In this document: positions 14,933 through 29,967 of the stretch, in pieces
How the letters are laid out: every line of letters begins with the position of its first letter
Numbering within the stretch: the first letter of the stretch is position 1
The notes under the pieces: model-generated
The model's input: only the letters and a program-made list of their open reading frames with translations
Databases searched by the model: none
Told to the model about the DNA's origin: nothing
Source of the DNA: the human T2T-CHM13v2.0 reference genome, Homo sapiens
Reading direction: 5' to 3' (one strand)
Length of the DNA stretch: 64,000 nt
NCBI RefSeq assembly: GCF_009914755.1
Contig: NC_060928.1
Made by a program: the position numbers and the translations under genes

Positions 14933-15092
14933 CTAATGTTTCTCAAATTTCAATGTACTTGTTAATCACCTGGTGATCCTACTAATATGTAGATTCTGAT
15001 TCATTAACTCTTGAGTGAAATGAGGTATTCTGCACTCCTAAGAATACAAATAATGTGCATGTTGCTGGCCTGTGGACTACTCTGAATTGCAG
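14933..15092. mobile_element. MER5-family hAT-Charlie MITE
   Basis: tttctcaaa...aatcacctgg...agattctgattca...gctggcctgtggactactctga. Confidence 0.7.
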
Positions 15093-15239
15093 GATTTTCA
15101 TATATAATATGTGATAGTTAATTTGCAGGATTTTAAGATATAATATAGTCTCTGTTTATTGCCTATTAGTTGGTACCATGCCAGATTTTTAAAGGATAAA
15201 TTTAAGGAAGAAAATGGTTTAATAATTCGTTAGAATTTT

Positions 15240-15365
15240 CACACTGATCTGCCAGCCCTTTGATGTTGAACTTCCCAGCCTCTAGAAATGTGAAAAGTAA
15301 AATTCTGTTACTTAAGCCACTCTGCCTCTGGTATTTTGTTACAGTTGACAGAGCAGACTAAGACA
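15240..15365 (+). mobile_element. MLT1 (MaLR) LTR 3' fragment
   Basis: cttcccagcctctagaaatgtga...ggtattttgttacag...gcagactaagaca terminus. Confidence 0.75.
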
Positions 15366-16169
15366 AACTGGATTAATCAATTTGAAGTTTCTGCTTTCTT
15401 GCAAAACAGGCCTTGTTCTCCAATATTGTAATAAAGACATATGATTTATATCTAACTGTCTTATTTTTCTTATTCTTCAATTGGTTCAACACTCAAGGGA
15501 TGGAAAGTATTAATTATTGGACCTCCTCTTTTACTAACTACATTTGTTAAAGGTTTTGGTCCATGATTCCCTTTCTTCATGATTTTATTTCCTGCCATAT
15601 TCCTGCCTGAATGTGATGCCCAAGTGTTAATGTAGCAATCAAAAAGAGTTTTTCATCACAGCTCACTGGGCAGAAGTTAGTAACTTTCAATGACATTGAA
15701 AGTACATCTTAACATCAACTTGCTAGAATGTCACTATAGATAGTAGAGGAATAAAAAGGTAATGGTTGATTTCTTATTAAACATATTATTTATATCCTAG
15801 TGCTGAAAGAACCTAAAAACATTAATGATACTGCTACTTTGACTTGTACACTCCTTTATGATGAATTAAACATTTATAAATAATATGAAGACTTCAGTGC
15901 ATTTTGTCATTAGAGTCCATTTGCACGGTAGAAAAAAGGTTTCACTCTTTTTTGACCTCAATTACAGTGACTTATATTTTCACTTAACTGAGAAAATCTC
16001 TCCCACGGCCACACCTTGAACCTTGTCATCATAAAGATAGGCTCCATGTTACAAAATAGAAATAAATCTTCTTCTTCAAAACAAAACTGCTGTATCTTCC
16101 CCCTTCCTCATATGCTCACTCCCACTTGACTTGGTATTTGTTTGTTTGGCCTAATGAACACCTCTAATC

Positions 16170-16302
16170 CAGTCATTCTTAAGCTCTGGTGTGCATATGA
16201 ATCATTTTATCATTTTGTTAAAAAAATTATGATTTAACCCTTCTCTGAGGGATCTTCTGTCAGGTGGAATGTGTTGCCACACAAAGCTTTTTAAAATATC
16301 CC
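16170..16302. mobile_element. MER5-like MITE, left part
   Basis: cagtcattcttaagct...gtgcatatgaatca...ttgttaaaa resembles the MER5 5' portion. Confidence 0.5.
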
Positions 16303-16304
16303 GT

Positions 16305-19300
16305 AGAGAGCAAGAGGGAGAAATAGAAATGTTCACTGATTACTCTGCACCCTCCCATAAGGAAACCAAGTTAACAACTATCTACACAGAAAACAACACT
16401 TCATAAGAATAAAAAATAGGTGAGTACTCACAGTACCTGGTTTTAACTTTATATTGCTGAAAAAGGCATTGAAGAGATAGGAAAAAACAGTCCTGAATTG
16501 CCTATGCCATCCCTCCCCCACCACTGGCCTTAAGGGAAGGAACATTGGTGGTAGTCAGGCAGTACTCCTCATTTTCAGAGGTGGTGATGGCTATGGAGTG
16601 AGGCTCTTTGGCCTTTGGAAAGGGGTGAGAAGAGTGAGTAGGACTGCATCTTGTGGTTTGAGTGCCAGCTCAGCAACAATATAATAGAATATCGGGTAGA
16701 CTTCTAAGGTTTTTGACTCTGGTCCTTGACTCTCAGATGGCACTTCTGGATTCATCCAGGACCTGGGGGACCTCACCACCCTAAAGGGAAGGACACAGGC
16801 CTGGCTGTCTTTGACAGCTGCTGATTATAGAGCCCCAGGTCATTGCATAAACATAAGCAGAAGCCAGGGAGTGATTACAGCAGGACTTGGGCAAGAACCA
16901 GTGCTGTGCTGGCTTCAGGTCTGACCCAGAGCCAGCACAATCATAGTGGTGGTGACCACAGGGGTGCTTGTGTTACTCTACCCTTTACTTTAGGTAGCTT
17001 ATCATTACTGGGCTTAGGGTACCCCCTAAAGCAGAAACAGCTTAGATCACAGTACCCAAGTGCTTTCAAATATCTGGAAAGTCTTTCTGAGAAGGACAGC
17101 TACAATAAATACCTAATTCTTTAATGTTCAGATATCGCAGACATCAAAGAACATTTGCTAGCATCAATACCATACAGTAAAACATGACCTCACCAAATGA
17201 ACTAAATAAGGCACCAGAGACCAACCCTGGAGAAAGAGATATGTGACCTTTCAGATAGAGAATTCAAAATACCTGTGTTGAGGAAACAAAAAGAAATCCA
17301 AGAACAGGGAAGAAATTCAGAATTCTATCAGATAAATTTAACAAAGAAAAAGAAATAATTAAAAAGAATAAAGCAAAAATTCTGGAGCTAAAAAATGAAA
17401 TTGGCATGTTAAAGAATGCATCAGAGTCCTTTAGTGGCAGAATGTATCAAGCAGAAATAAGAATTGGTGAGCTTGAAAACAGCCTATTTTGAAAATAAAC
17501 AGATGAGAAAAAAAGAAAAAAGAATTTAAAAAATGAAGCATGCCTACAGGATCTAGAAAATAGCCTCAAAAGGGCAAATCTAAGACTTATTGGCCTTAAA
17601 GAGAAGGCAGAGAAAGAGATAGGGGTAGAAAGTTTATTCAAAGGGATAATGACACAGAACTTCCCAAACCTAAAGAAGGATGCCAATATCCAAGTACAAG
17701 AAGGTTATAAAATACCAGGCAGGTTTAACTCAAAAAAGACTACCTCAAGGCATTTAATAATCAAACTCCCATAGGTCAAGGATAAAGCAAGGATCCTAAA
17801 AGCAATAAATAACTGTTGTGTATAAACTACTCTTATCCTAGGTAGGAAGATTAAATGATGAACCAATAAAAATAATAACTACAACAATGTTTCAAGACAT
17901 ATGCAGTACAATAAAGTATAAACAGAAAGAACAAAAAGTAAAATGGTGGGGAACAAAGTTAGGCAAGTTTTTATTACTTTTCTTTTTTGTTTGTTTGTTT
18001 ATATAAAGTGTTGTTATTAGTTTAAAATAATGGGTTATAAGACAGTACTTGCAGGCTCCATGACAACCTCAAACCAAAAAACATACAATGGGTATACAAA
18101 AAATAAAAACCAAGAAATTAAACCATATCACCTGAGAAAATTATCTTCACCAAAGGAAGATAAGAATAGAATGAAAAAGGAAGAACAATTAAATAACAAA
18201 TAACAAACTGGCAGCAGTCGGTTCATACTTATCAATAATAACACTAAATGTAAATGGACTAAACTATTCAAGCATAAGATATAGACAGGCTGAATGAATG
18301 AAAACACAAGAGGCATGAATCTGTGGCCTACAAGAAACCCACTTCACACATAATGACACATATGGACTGAAAATACTGGGATATAAAAATTCATATCCAT
18401 GGAAACTGAAAAGAGCAGGAGTCACTATACTTATATCAGAAAAAATAGATTTCAAAACAAAAACTATAAAAAGAGATAAACAAGGTCACTATATAATGAT
18501 TAAGTGATCAATACAACAAGATAATATAACAATTTTAAATATATATGCGCCCAACAGTGGAGAAGGCAGATATGTAAAGCAAATATTATTAAACTAAAGA
18601 GATAGATAGGCCCCTGTACAATAATAACTGGAGACTTCAGCACCCCACTTTCAGCATTGGATAGATTATTCAGGCAGAAAATTATCAATGAAACATCAAA
18701 TTTAAACAGAACTATAAACCAAATGTATCTAATAGACATTTATAGAACATTTCACCCAGGATCTGCAGAATACACATTCTTTTCCTCAGCACATGAATCA
18801 TTCTCAAGGACAGACCATATTTTAGGTAACAAGGCAAGTCTTAAAAACATTAAAAAAACTTGAAACAGTATCAAGCATCTTCTCTGCCCACAATAGAATA
18901 AAACTAGAAATTAATAACAAGAGAAATTTTGAAAACTATGTAACTAGCTGAAATTTAAATAATATTTTCCTGAATGACCAGTAGGTCAATCAAGAAATTA
19001 AGAGGAAAATTGGAAAATTTACTGAAGCAAATAATAATGAAAACACAACGTAACAAAACTGGATATAGCAGAAGCAAAAATCCGAGGAAAGTTTCTAGCT
19101 AAAACTGCCTACATAAAAAATGACGAAAAACTTCAAATAAACAACCTAACAATAAATGCTAAAGAACTAGAAAAGCAAGAGGAAACTAAACCCAAAATTA
19201 GTAGAAGAAAAGTAATAATACTTATCTGAGAAGAAATAAGTGAAATAGAAATAAAAAATACAAAAGAACAATGAAACAAAAGTTTGTTTTTTTTGAAAAA

Positions 19301-22300
19301 TTAAACAAACCTGACAAAGCTTTAGCCAGATTAATTTAAAAAAGAGAGAAGATCCACGTCAATAAAATTGGAAATGAAAAAGGAGACATTACAACTAATA
19401 CTGCAGAACTATAAAAGATCATGAATGGTTACTATGAGCAACTATATGCAAATAAACTGTAAACTCTTGAAGAAATGAACAAATTCCTACATACATGCAA
19501 ACTACCAAGATTGAATCAGTAAGAAATCCAAAACCTGAACAGACCAATTACAAATAATGAGATAAAAGTCATAATAAGAAATTTCCTAGTAAAAAAGCCC
19601 AGGATCTGAAGGCTTCACTGCTGAATTCTACCTAACATTTAAAGAACTAATACCAATCAGACTCAAACTAGTCTGAAAAATAGAGCAGGAAAGAATATGT
19701 TCAAATTCATTCTATGAAGCCAATGTTACCCTAATACCAAAACCAGACAAAGACTCATCAAAAAAAGAAAACTACAGGGAAATATATCTGATAAATACTG
19801 ATGCAAAAATCCTCAGCAAAATACTAGCAAACTGAATCCAACAATATATTAGAAAGATCATTCATCATCACCAAGTGGAACTTGCCCCTTGGATGCAAGA
19901 ATGGTTCCATGTACAAAAATTAATGAACATGATATATCATGTCAACAGAATGAAGGATAAAAACCATATAATCATTTCAATTAATGTTTTAAAAAGCATT
20001 TGATAAAATTCAACCTTCTTTCCTGATAAAACCCCTCAAAAACCTGAGGATGGAACGACTGTACCTTAATAATAAAAGCCATATATAACAAACCCACAGC
20101 TAGTATCATACTAAATGGAGAAAATCTAAAAGCCTTTCCTCTAAGACCTGGAACATGAAAAGGATGTCCACTGTCACCACTGTTATTCAATGGAAAACTG
20201 GGAGTCCTAGCTAGACCAATCAGATGAAAGAAGGATATAAAGGACATCCAAATTGGAAAGGAAGAAATCAAATTATCATTGTTTGCAGGTGATATGATCT
20301 TATTTTGGGAAAAACCTAAAGACTTCATAAGAAAACTATTAAAACTAATAGACAAATTCAACGAAGTTCCAGGATACAAAATCAACATAAAAAAACTAGT
20401 ACCATTTCTATATGCCCACAATCAACAATGTGAAAAAGAAATTTAAAAAGTAATACCATTTACAATAGCCACACATAAAATTTAATACCTAGGAATTAAC
20501 CAAAGAAGTGAAAAATCTCTATAATGAAAACTATAAAACACTGATGAGGGAAATTGAAGAAGACACCAAAAAATGAAAAAAAAAATTCATGTTTATGGAT
20601 TGGAAGAATTGTTATTGCTAAAATTTCCATACTACCCAAAGCGGTATACAGATTGAATGCAATCCCTATAAAAATATCAATGACACTCTTCATGGAAATA
20701 AAAAAAAAATCCTAAAATTCACATGGAACTACAAAAGACCCCAAATCACCAAAGCAATTTTGAACAAAAAGAACAAAGCTTGAGGCATCACACTATTAGA
20801 CTTCCAATTATACTACAGAGCTATAGTAACCAAAACATCATGATACTGGAGTAACAACAGACACATAAACCAATGGAACAGAATAGAAAACCCAGAAACA
20901 AATTCAGACACTTATGGTGGACTTATGTTCAACAAAGGCGCCAATAGTGTGCAACAGGGAAAAGACAGTCTCTTCAATAAATGGTGCTGGGAAAACTGGA
21001 TATCCATATGCAGAAGAATGAAACTAGACCTCTATCTTTCATCATATACTAAAATCAAATCAAAATTCATTAAAGACTTAAATATGAGAACTGAAACCAT
21101 GAAACTACTACACAAAAACATTGGGAAAAATCTCCAGGACATTGGTCTGGGCAAAGATTTCTTGAGCAATACCCCACAAACACAGGCAATCTAAGAAAAA
21201 ATTGACAAATGGGATCACACCAAGTTAAAAAGCTTCTGTACAGCAAAGATTGCAATCAACAAAGTGAAGAGATAACTCACAGAATGGGATAAAATATTTG
21301 CAAATGACCAATTTGACAAGGGATTACTAACCAGAATATATAAAAAACTCAAACAACTCTATAGAAAAAAAACTAATACCCCAATCAAAATGGCAAACAG
21401 GTATTTGAAAAGGTGTTCAACATCATTGATCATCAGAGAAATGCAAATCAAAACTACAATGAGATATCATCACATCCCAGTTAAAATTACCTATATCTAA
21501 AAAATAGGCAATAAAAAATGCTGGCAAGGATGTGGAGAAAAGGGAACCATTGTACAGTTTTGATGGGAATGTAAATTAGTACAACCACTATGGAGAAAAA
21601 TTGGGAGGTTACTCAAAAACTAAAAAGGGGGCTGTCATATGATCCAGCAATCTCACTGCTGAGTATACGACCAAAAGAAATGAAATCAGTATACTGAAGA
21701 GATATCTTCACTCCTATGTTTATTGCAGCTCTGATTACAATAGCTAAGATTTGGAAACATCCTAAGTTTCCATAAATAGATACACGAATTAAGAAAATGT
21801 GGTACTTATACAAAATAGAGTACTATTCAGCAATAAAAAAATAATGAGATCTAGTCATTTGCAATAAAATGAACATAACTGCAGGTCATTGAAGTGAACT
21901 GAAGTGAAATAAGCCAGATACAGAAAGACAAATATTGCATGTTCTCACTTATTTTTGGGATCTAAAAATCAAAACAATGGAACTCGTGAGCATAGCGAGT
22001 AGAAGGATTATTATCAGATCCTATGGGAAAAGTAGTGGAGGACTGGAGGGAAGGTGGAGATTGTTAATGGATACAAAAAAAAAAAGAAAGAATGAATAAG
22101 ACCTAATATTTGATAACACAATAGCATGACTATAGTCAATAATGACTGTATGTTCTAAAATAATTTAGAGTTTAATTGGATTGTTTGCAACTCAATGTAT
22201 AAATGCCTAAGGGGATGGATACCCCAATTCTTCTTGATGTGCTTATTTCATATTGCATGCCTGTATGAAAACATCTCATGTGCCCTATAAATATACAAAC

Positions 22301-22340
22301 TTACTATGTACCACCAAAAATTAAAAATAAAAATAAATTT
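16305..22340 (+). mobile_element. Near full-length degenerate L1MA1/L1MA2 (5'UTR, ORF1, ORF2, 3'UTR) with internal deletions
   Basis: L1M2-type 5' end (caagttaacaactatctacacag); ORF1 remnant about 17180-17805 with its C-terminal half deleted; ORF2 remnants about 18215-21960 ([13 protein letters not shown]); L1MA1-type 3'UTR (gatgtgcttatttca...aaaacatctcatgt) and A tail. Confidence 0.93.
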
Positions 22341-22354
22341 CAAATAAATTATAT

Positions 22355-23300
22355 AAAACACCTGGATACGAATATGCAAAGAATGAAGTGGTACCTTTCC
22401 ACTCCAAAATACAAAATTAACTCAAAATGGATCATAGACTTAAATGTAAAACCTAAAACCATGAAACTTTAAAAAAAAATAGGAACAAATACTTTGTGTG
22501 TTCTTGGATATAACACCAAAAGCAGAATAAACTAATTTTAAAAACTACATAAATTGAACTTCATCAAAGTTAAAAACTTTTGCTCTGCAAATGATACCAT
22601 CAATAAAGTGAAAAGATAAGCCATAGGCTAAAATACATTTGCAAATCATATATCTCATAAGAAGTTGTATCTAGAATATATAAATAATCTTACAACTCAA
22701 AAATAAAAAGATAAACACACCAATTTAAAAATTGGAAAAGTTTCTAAAGAAATGTTTCTCTAAAGAAAAGATACAAACAGCCAAGAAACATACATCAATA
22801 ACATGAGATATTCAACCTTATTAGTCAATAGGGAAATGAAAACCAAAACCACAATGAGTTACCTCTTTACACCCCTAGGATGTCTATAATAAAAAGACTG
22901 ATAATAGTACATGTTGGTAAGAATATAGATAAACTGGAAACTTCATTAGTATTTTTCTGTTGTGACTAGTTTGGAAGCTCCTCAAAATGTTAAACATAGG
23001 GTTACCACATAACCTAGGAATTTCTTTCCTAGGTATACCCAGGATAAATAGAAGCACATCCATGCAAAAACTTGTACATGAATATTTATGGCAGTCTTAT
23101 TTATAATAGATAAGAGGCTGAAACAACCTAAATGCCCACAACTGACAAGTGGATCAATAAAATGTGAGATATCAATTAAAAAAAATAACATTCAGCAATA
23201 AAAAGGAATAAAATAGTAACACATAGCACGACATGGAAAAACACAAATGAAAACATTCTAAGGAAGAGATACAAGTATGTTAATTATGTCCTAATAATGT
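22355..23300 (+). mobile_element. Older L1 (L1MB/L1MC-type) ORF2 3' fragment
   Basis: tacaaaattaactcaaaatggatcatagacttaaatgtaaaacctaaaac...aaaaacttgtacatgaatatttatggcag. Confidence 0.85.
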
Positions 23301-23319
23301 TGCTTTAAAAAAGGGGCAA

Positions 23320-23376
23320 AGCACCCTCAATAAAGCAGATGCAGATCTATATGAACAACACTTTGAGTAACATTGC
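23320..23376. mobile_element. MER5-like MITE, right part
   Basis: gcagatgcagatct...aacactttgagtaacattg resembles the MER5 terminus (ccacactttgagaaccactg). Confidence 0.45.
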
Positions 23377-24149
23377 TCAAGTTGCTTGATTCGTCTATTT
23401 TCTTCTTTTTTTTTCTTGGTCTTCAACACATTTTCCTGAGCTTGGAAGAGATGCATTACTCTACCACTTCTTTGTCTCTTCCCAGTGGAGTTATTTTTAC
23501 ACAAACAAACAAAAAAGTCCTCAATCACTCAGTAGTGACCAGTTTCCCAATTCTCAGGATTTGTTTCCATTTTTTGATTCCATAATATTGCTGGCAAAAA
23601 AAAACCTACCTCACTACAGACTGCCAATATTTCAAAAAAATATGCCTTTGAACTTTTGTAAATATCAAGCCACTTAACAGGTTTTATTTAAAACTTTTCT
23701 TTAAATATCTCAGTTTTATATCTTATCAATTATTGCAAAATTCTAATAGCTCCTCAAGTTCCAATCTTCATCACATTCAGCAAAAGGCATTATGTCCTGC
23801 TTAATCTGATAATTAGAGTGATTAGGCATTTATTTCCCATCTCCAGCTTCATCCCATACCTGCAAACCTAAATTAAAGCATAGTTATAACTTTTTTTGTT
23901 CAGTACACACAGACCCTCTGTTTTTGACTTAACCCTTACAGTACTCTCTTTCATATCCTTTTATAAATTAACTTTGTCAGCCTCATTCTCTTAGCCTGTG
24001 ATCATATACATTTTACCAATATTAGCCTACAAAGGTTCTTATGTTCCTTATCTATTGGCCCCAATAAACAAAGAAAAAAAAATTTAAACTTACTTTTAAA
24101 ATGTCCCTTCACCCTCACATTAGTGATAATTACATTTGATGCTAATTAT

Positions 24150-25268
24150 TGAAATACCAGTCTCCAGTAGCTTATACACAGAGATCAAATGTATTTTCTC
24201 ACATAACCAGGAGTCTTGATAAAATCATTACAAAATTAACATTGTATTTCATTCATTGTATCATCAGTCCAGTTTTTAAAGAGTTTTTTTTTAATTCTAA
24301 TGTCCCTATTATGTTGACTTTTGCCATCATATTTGTTGCCTCATCTTTACAAGACGGGCCACATACAATCATTTCTACTTTTGCATTCAGGGATGAAAAG
24401 GAAGAAAGTGATGAAGCCTATGTTTAAAAAGCCAAAGTTTTTTCCAGATTTCTCAAAAAGACTTCTACCTACATATTAAAAGTTAACAGATATTTTCCTA
24501 TGGCCACCTCCAAATGAAAGGTTCTGGGAAGGATAGACATTTTAGCTAGAAACCTTGCTGATACATTAGTTTCTATTGCTGTATAACAGACTACCAGAAA
24601 CTTAATGGCCAAAACAATATCCATTTATTAGCTCATATCTATTTAGGTCAGAATTCTGGGGGAAATCAACATGTTTATCTGTTTAGGGTATCACAAGACC
24701 AGAATCAGTGTACTGGCCAGGTGGAAATCTTATCTCGAGGCTCTGTGGAATAACTGCTTCCAAGCTCATTTTGGTAGCTGCCAAAATCCAGTTCCTTGTG
24801 ATTAGAGGTCTGGTTCCCCATTTCTTCACTAGCTGTCATCTGGTAATGTATCTCAGCCCCTTCAGGCAACCCACATTTCTTCTCACAAGCGCTCCTCCAT
24901 CTTTAAATCAGCAATGAAATGTCAAATCTTTCTCATGCTTTGAATCTTTCTGACTTCCTCTTCTACTACCAGCTGGAGAAAACTCATTGCTATTAAAGGA
25001 CTTATGTGATTACAATGGTCTCACCTAGATGATCTGTCTACCTTAAGGTTGACAATGACATATAACACAATCACAATCAAGGGAAAGATAGCTCATCACA
25101 TTCACAGGTCTCGCACACACTCAAAGAAGGGGGAATTATACAAGTGTAAAGATATCAGGTCCTTCTTAGAGCTTTATCAACCACAGCTTCCTTGATAAAC
25201 ATCAAATTTTGTTATAAAACAGAAGGTGAAAATGGTTATTGGATAAGGAACAAAAAATGCCTGCTATA
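24150..25268 (-). mobile_element. Old MLT1J/K-type LTR split by a younger MLT1
   Basis: tattttctcacataac...ggccacctc...ctgggaa on the left; gaaggtgaaaatggttattggataaggaac...cctgctata on the right. Confidence 0.6.
24562..25184 (-). mobile_element. MLT1D/E-type LTR nested in the older MLT1
   Basis: attagtttctattgctgtataac...ggtcagaa...cttccaagctcatt...cttagag...accaca. Confidence 0.8.
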
Positions 25269-25950
25269 ATCTACAGATCTATATTTAAATCACTCCTTTC
25301 CTATTCAATCACTTAAAAACACCATCTATACTTGCTGACTTGATTTCCAAAGTAATTTTTTATAATTATCTCCTTGACCTGCCCAAATCTGCCTTCTATC
25401 CCGTTATACCAATTAATATTCCATAGAAGGAGTTACTAAAGATCGCCAGGTAGAAAATCCAGGAAATGGTTTCCAGTCTTTATTTGTTGATTATTTCTTT
25501 AAAAGGTTAGCGCTAGTAAACTTTCTTTCTTGGTGAAATGGTAATCCCTAAATTAATATCACATTTTTGACTTCATGGTTTATTCCTACCTGACCAGTTT
25601 TCTGTTTTTATGGGCCAGTTATATAGCATATAATCACAAGGTGACCTAGGAGGGATTACTGTAGAAGCTTAGAATGGTTGATTTATGTACATCCTTTTTC
25701 ATTCTTCCTGGGAGAGGCAGCAGGAATGGGAAAGAATGGGGGTTTGCTTCTACCTAGAGCAGAGGATATGGTACCCTGGGTTAAAGGGCCAAAAATTTCT
25801 GTGCTTCTGGCAATGTTTATGTATGGAATGAAGTATTCCACTCAGTTCTATGCCATGACTCTTCTCCATTTACACAGCAAACAACTAGCAGTTCTTCTGA
25901 TCCCACACATGCCTAGACTGACTGTGCAGATTCAACAGAAAGATAGACCA

Positions 25951-26297
<347 letters not shown>

Positions 26298-26299
26298 CT

Positions 26300-27010
26300 A
26301 CAAAGTGAGCATATAACCAAGAATTACGAGATATTAAAGTCAGCATCATAAAAGAGGAAAAATAGAAAAGTTGCAGGAAATAGAGTTAATAGATAAATGA
26401 ACAGTTACTAGATAAACTGAAAGTGATCATGGAGTAATAACATAATAGATAAAATAAGTATATAATAGACACAGTAGAGAAGCATATTATGAGCTAGAAG
26501 ACAAAGTTGAGGAATATTCTAAGAGCAGGTTATAAAGGCATATGAACATGGAATTTATGCAAAAAAGTTCTAAATCGGAAAAGAACTCTTAGAAGTTGCA
26601 ACATTTGCCTAATAGAAAGAAAAAGAGACAAGAGAGAAAAATGTAAAGTTAACACTCAATACGAGATGAGAATGGATCAGAAATTAAGGAAAAACTTTAC
26701 TCTCAGACATTTTGAACACTCAGGAAAGCAGAAAATCCTACATATCCTTAAAGGGGGAGAATTACAGTTAATCTATATAGAGACAATAAAAGTGATATAT
26801 GTATTTGTTAATATCTATCTATCCATCTATCTATGTTATTTTCAACACTGAATGTCATATTAGAAGACAGTGGAACAATATCTTCAAAATTATGAAAAAA
26901 TAATTTAAAGCATATATTCCACTAGGCAGCCAAACTATATTTAAAAATATATATTAAGATATACGAGAACACTGTCTGACATAATTTTGAAGGATGTTCT
27001 TCAGATAGTT
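26300..27010 (+). mobile_element. Ancient L1 (L1ME-type) ORF1 remnant
   Basis: gagctagaagacaaagttgaggaa...tagaagacagtggaacaatatcttcaaaatt...cagccaaactat. Confidence 0.55.
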
Positions 27011-28543
27011 AGAAAAAGTTTTTCTAGGAAAAAAAAGTATTATTTCCCCAAGTAAGAATTTCATTTTCAGAATTCAAACATAAAAATGACTTTCTTGAAT
27101 TGGACAGAAACATTGATAGTAAAAAAAAATTATTTACATTTTTATACCTCCCTTGGAATAAGACAGGCACCTCCAATTCTATTCCTATGTGAGTATACAT
27201 CATGCCAGAATAGAATGTATAATATGTGCAAACAATGTTAAAAATCCAAATGCTAAAATATTAGGAACCATTTATATCTTACTGCTTTTACAGTGCATAT
27301 CAATGAATATAGTGTTGTCTCTGCTTATTTTCAGTATTAATTAGCATTTAATTTCCAAAAAATAGTTATATATATTTGTGATAATTTAAGAGATAAATAC
27401 TTTTCACTATGTAAAACTGAAGTATAGAACTTTAACTCCAAAGAAAATATAAAATATATGACTCTAAAATTTGCTGAGGAGGCCCTATGAGCTTTGAAAA
27501 CAAAGATTAATCAAAGTAAAATCAATTTGCAATTATCTGTGTGAGATTTTATGTAATTACCATGATCCATCCATATATACTCTGTGTGAGACTGGACTCC
27601 AAACATTTTTGGTAGTGTTCAATATATCTCTTTCTTGTTTTCTTTCTATTACCCTTAGGATACAACAGGATAATAAAATACTAATTTTTTGGATTTTCTT
27701 AGGTGCAAATTAACTGAACCAAATAAAAAAAATGCTTTGGTTCAAGCAATTGAGGATTCTAAAAGAGGAGATTTTAGGCTTAGCCGTTCAAAAATTACCA
27801 GGAAGCTTTTAGCATGGCTCTCCTATTATAATTCTCCTGCCCTGGTTCTCAGGCTTAAATAGTCACAGTTTTACATTCCCAGTAGCAAGAGCAGGACTTT
27901 TTCTGTTAGTGCTAATAGGATTTCTCATATAAATCTCATCATTACACTTTGGATCAAATACACAACCTCAGACCAAACATTGCAGCCAAAGAGATGGCAT
28001 AACTTCACTGGACAAACTTTGGTCTTATCATAACTAGAATCAGAATCATATGAAACATATAGGCCGAGAAGCAAATATAACAAAACAAAAACATATACCC
28101 ACTAAAAATTTTCAGCCTCTGCCTTCATAGGACTTTCTTTCCATAATGAACATATGATACCAAATTAATGCATACAAATTATCCATAAAATATAGACTTC
28201 ATATGTGTGAGGAAGTATTATTGCATCGCGTACGAGAGACAAATGAAGGAAGACTTTTTTCCATGTATTTCAAGGAAAGGTATACAAACAAAATTGTTTA
28301 TAAGCCATGATAAACAATGACATATTATCAAATCTTAAGCATTTATACTTTCTATTATTTTTATAGAAATTAATCATGTGCTATAAAAATCAAAAATCTA
28401 AAATATTTTAGTTAATATTAGATCATTAATGCATATTTTACTTCGAATGAGTAACATTTATTCTAGCATTTAAACATAATTAACTACATTTAGGCTTCTC
28501 AAGTTTTTTGCACATAGTAAAAAATATATATTTTGATGAAGAG

Positions 28544-28891
28544 TGTTATAGACAATGTTTGTGCCCCCTCCACCAAATTCGTTGTTGAAACCTAATCCTC
28601 AATGTGATCGTATTTGAAGATGGGTGTCTTTGGAAAATGATTAGCTCATCAGGGCAGAGCCTCATGAATGGGATTAGCACTCTTATAAGAAAGACCCAAG
28701 AGTACTACCTCATCCCCTTTAGCCATGTGAGCATGCATGAACCAAAACGTAGATCTTCACCAGACACCAAATATGTTAGCTCCTTGTTGTTGAACATTCC
28801 AGCCCTCAGAACTGTGAGACATAAATTTCTATTGTTTATAAGCCATTCATTTTATGATATTCTGTTATAGCAGCCCAAATGGACTAAAACA
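28544..28891 (+). mobile_element. MLT1A/A0 solo LTR
   Basis: tgttatagac...aaattc...cctcatgaatgggattag...ccagccctcagaactgtgag...gcagcccaaatggactaaaaca. Confidence 0.88.
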
Positions 28892-29919
28892 AATTACTAA
28901 TAAATTTTATTGTTTGTTTCATATGCCATGACTCGGATCCTGCTTCCTTCACAGTAGTTCAACATTGTTAACACTATCTAAAGTTTCCTAGGTCAAAATA
29001 TTCCCTTTCCTAACCCCACTGTAACAAACTTCAAGCAAATTATGAACAACTTCCTCTATTTGGTTAATTTCTATTTTGAGTGTCTTATTTTATACAGATA
29101 TGTGTGAGGGGGCAGGAGGTCATGTCTCAAAAAATCAAAATCTGAAAATCTAGTAGATAGGCACTGTCACACATGTGGTATTACAGCTGGCTTAAGACGG
29201 CTTTATATTTTCTTAGCATACAGCAGCCGCAATACATTCCACCTATGTGTATGTCTTGAATACATGCTTAAATATGAGAAATCAATGAAAATTACAAATA
29301 GCCATCTTAAGCTTATTTGCTTTAGTTTTCTCAAGAATTCTTAATTTACTTTGGCTATCACCTATTTTGTCATGTTTAAGATCCTCTAGTCCTGGATGTG
29401 TCTTATACCTCAGGCCCCTTCTGGACTCTTGGATTTGGTAATTGATATGTTTCTCTTTAATCAATAGCAGTGACCCAGTAACCAATGTTCTCTAAAAGTA
29501 GTGCTAGGATTCCATCACTGACTTTTAATACTCTTGGCTGATAGGACTAACCATCTCACCTTAGTAAAAAATCCAGTGGCTGTTCTGATGGTCTTAGCAA
29601 CCAGCTAAGCTCTAGGACTGGGTATTCCTGTATGATAGACATCAGGGCATTTGACAATATGTCCAGGAGTAACAACTAGGCTCAAATTTAAGAATTAATA
29701 AGTGTGTAAAGAAGCTGCAATTCTCTTCAATAAAAAATCTGAAGTGAATTGATTGCATTTTAGTCAACTGTTCATAAAAAAAATTGTAAAAGAAGGATTG
29801 AGAGAAAGATTTCACAAGCTTATCATGCACCATTTTTGTTATGTCAACCTCAAATGGTTTATTACGTTGAATTTTTAAAAAACATTTTATCTTAATGACT
29901 GTGGTTGGATACAACTTCA

Positions 29920-29921
<2 letters not shown>

Positions 29922-29965
<44 letters not shown>
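29922..29965. repeat. (AT)22 microsatellite
   Basis: Perfect AT dinucleotide run. Confidence 0.97.
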
Positions 29966-29967
<2 letters not shown>

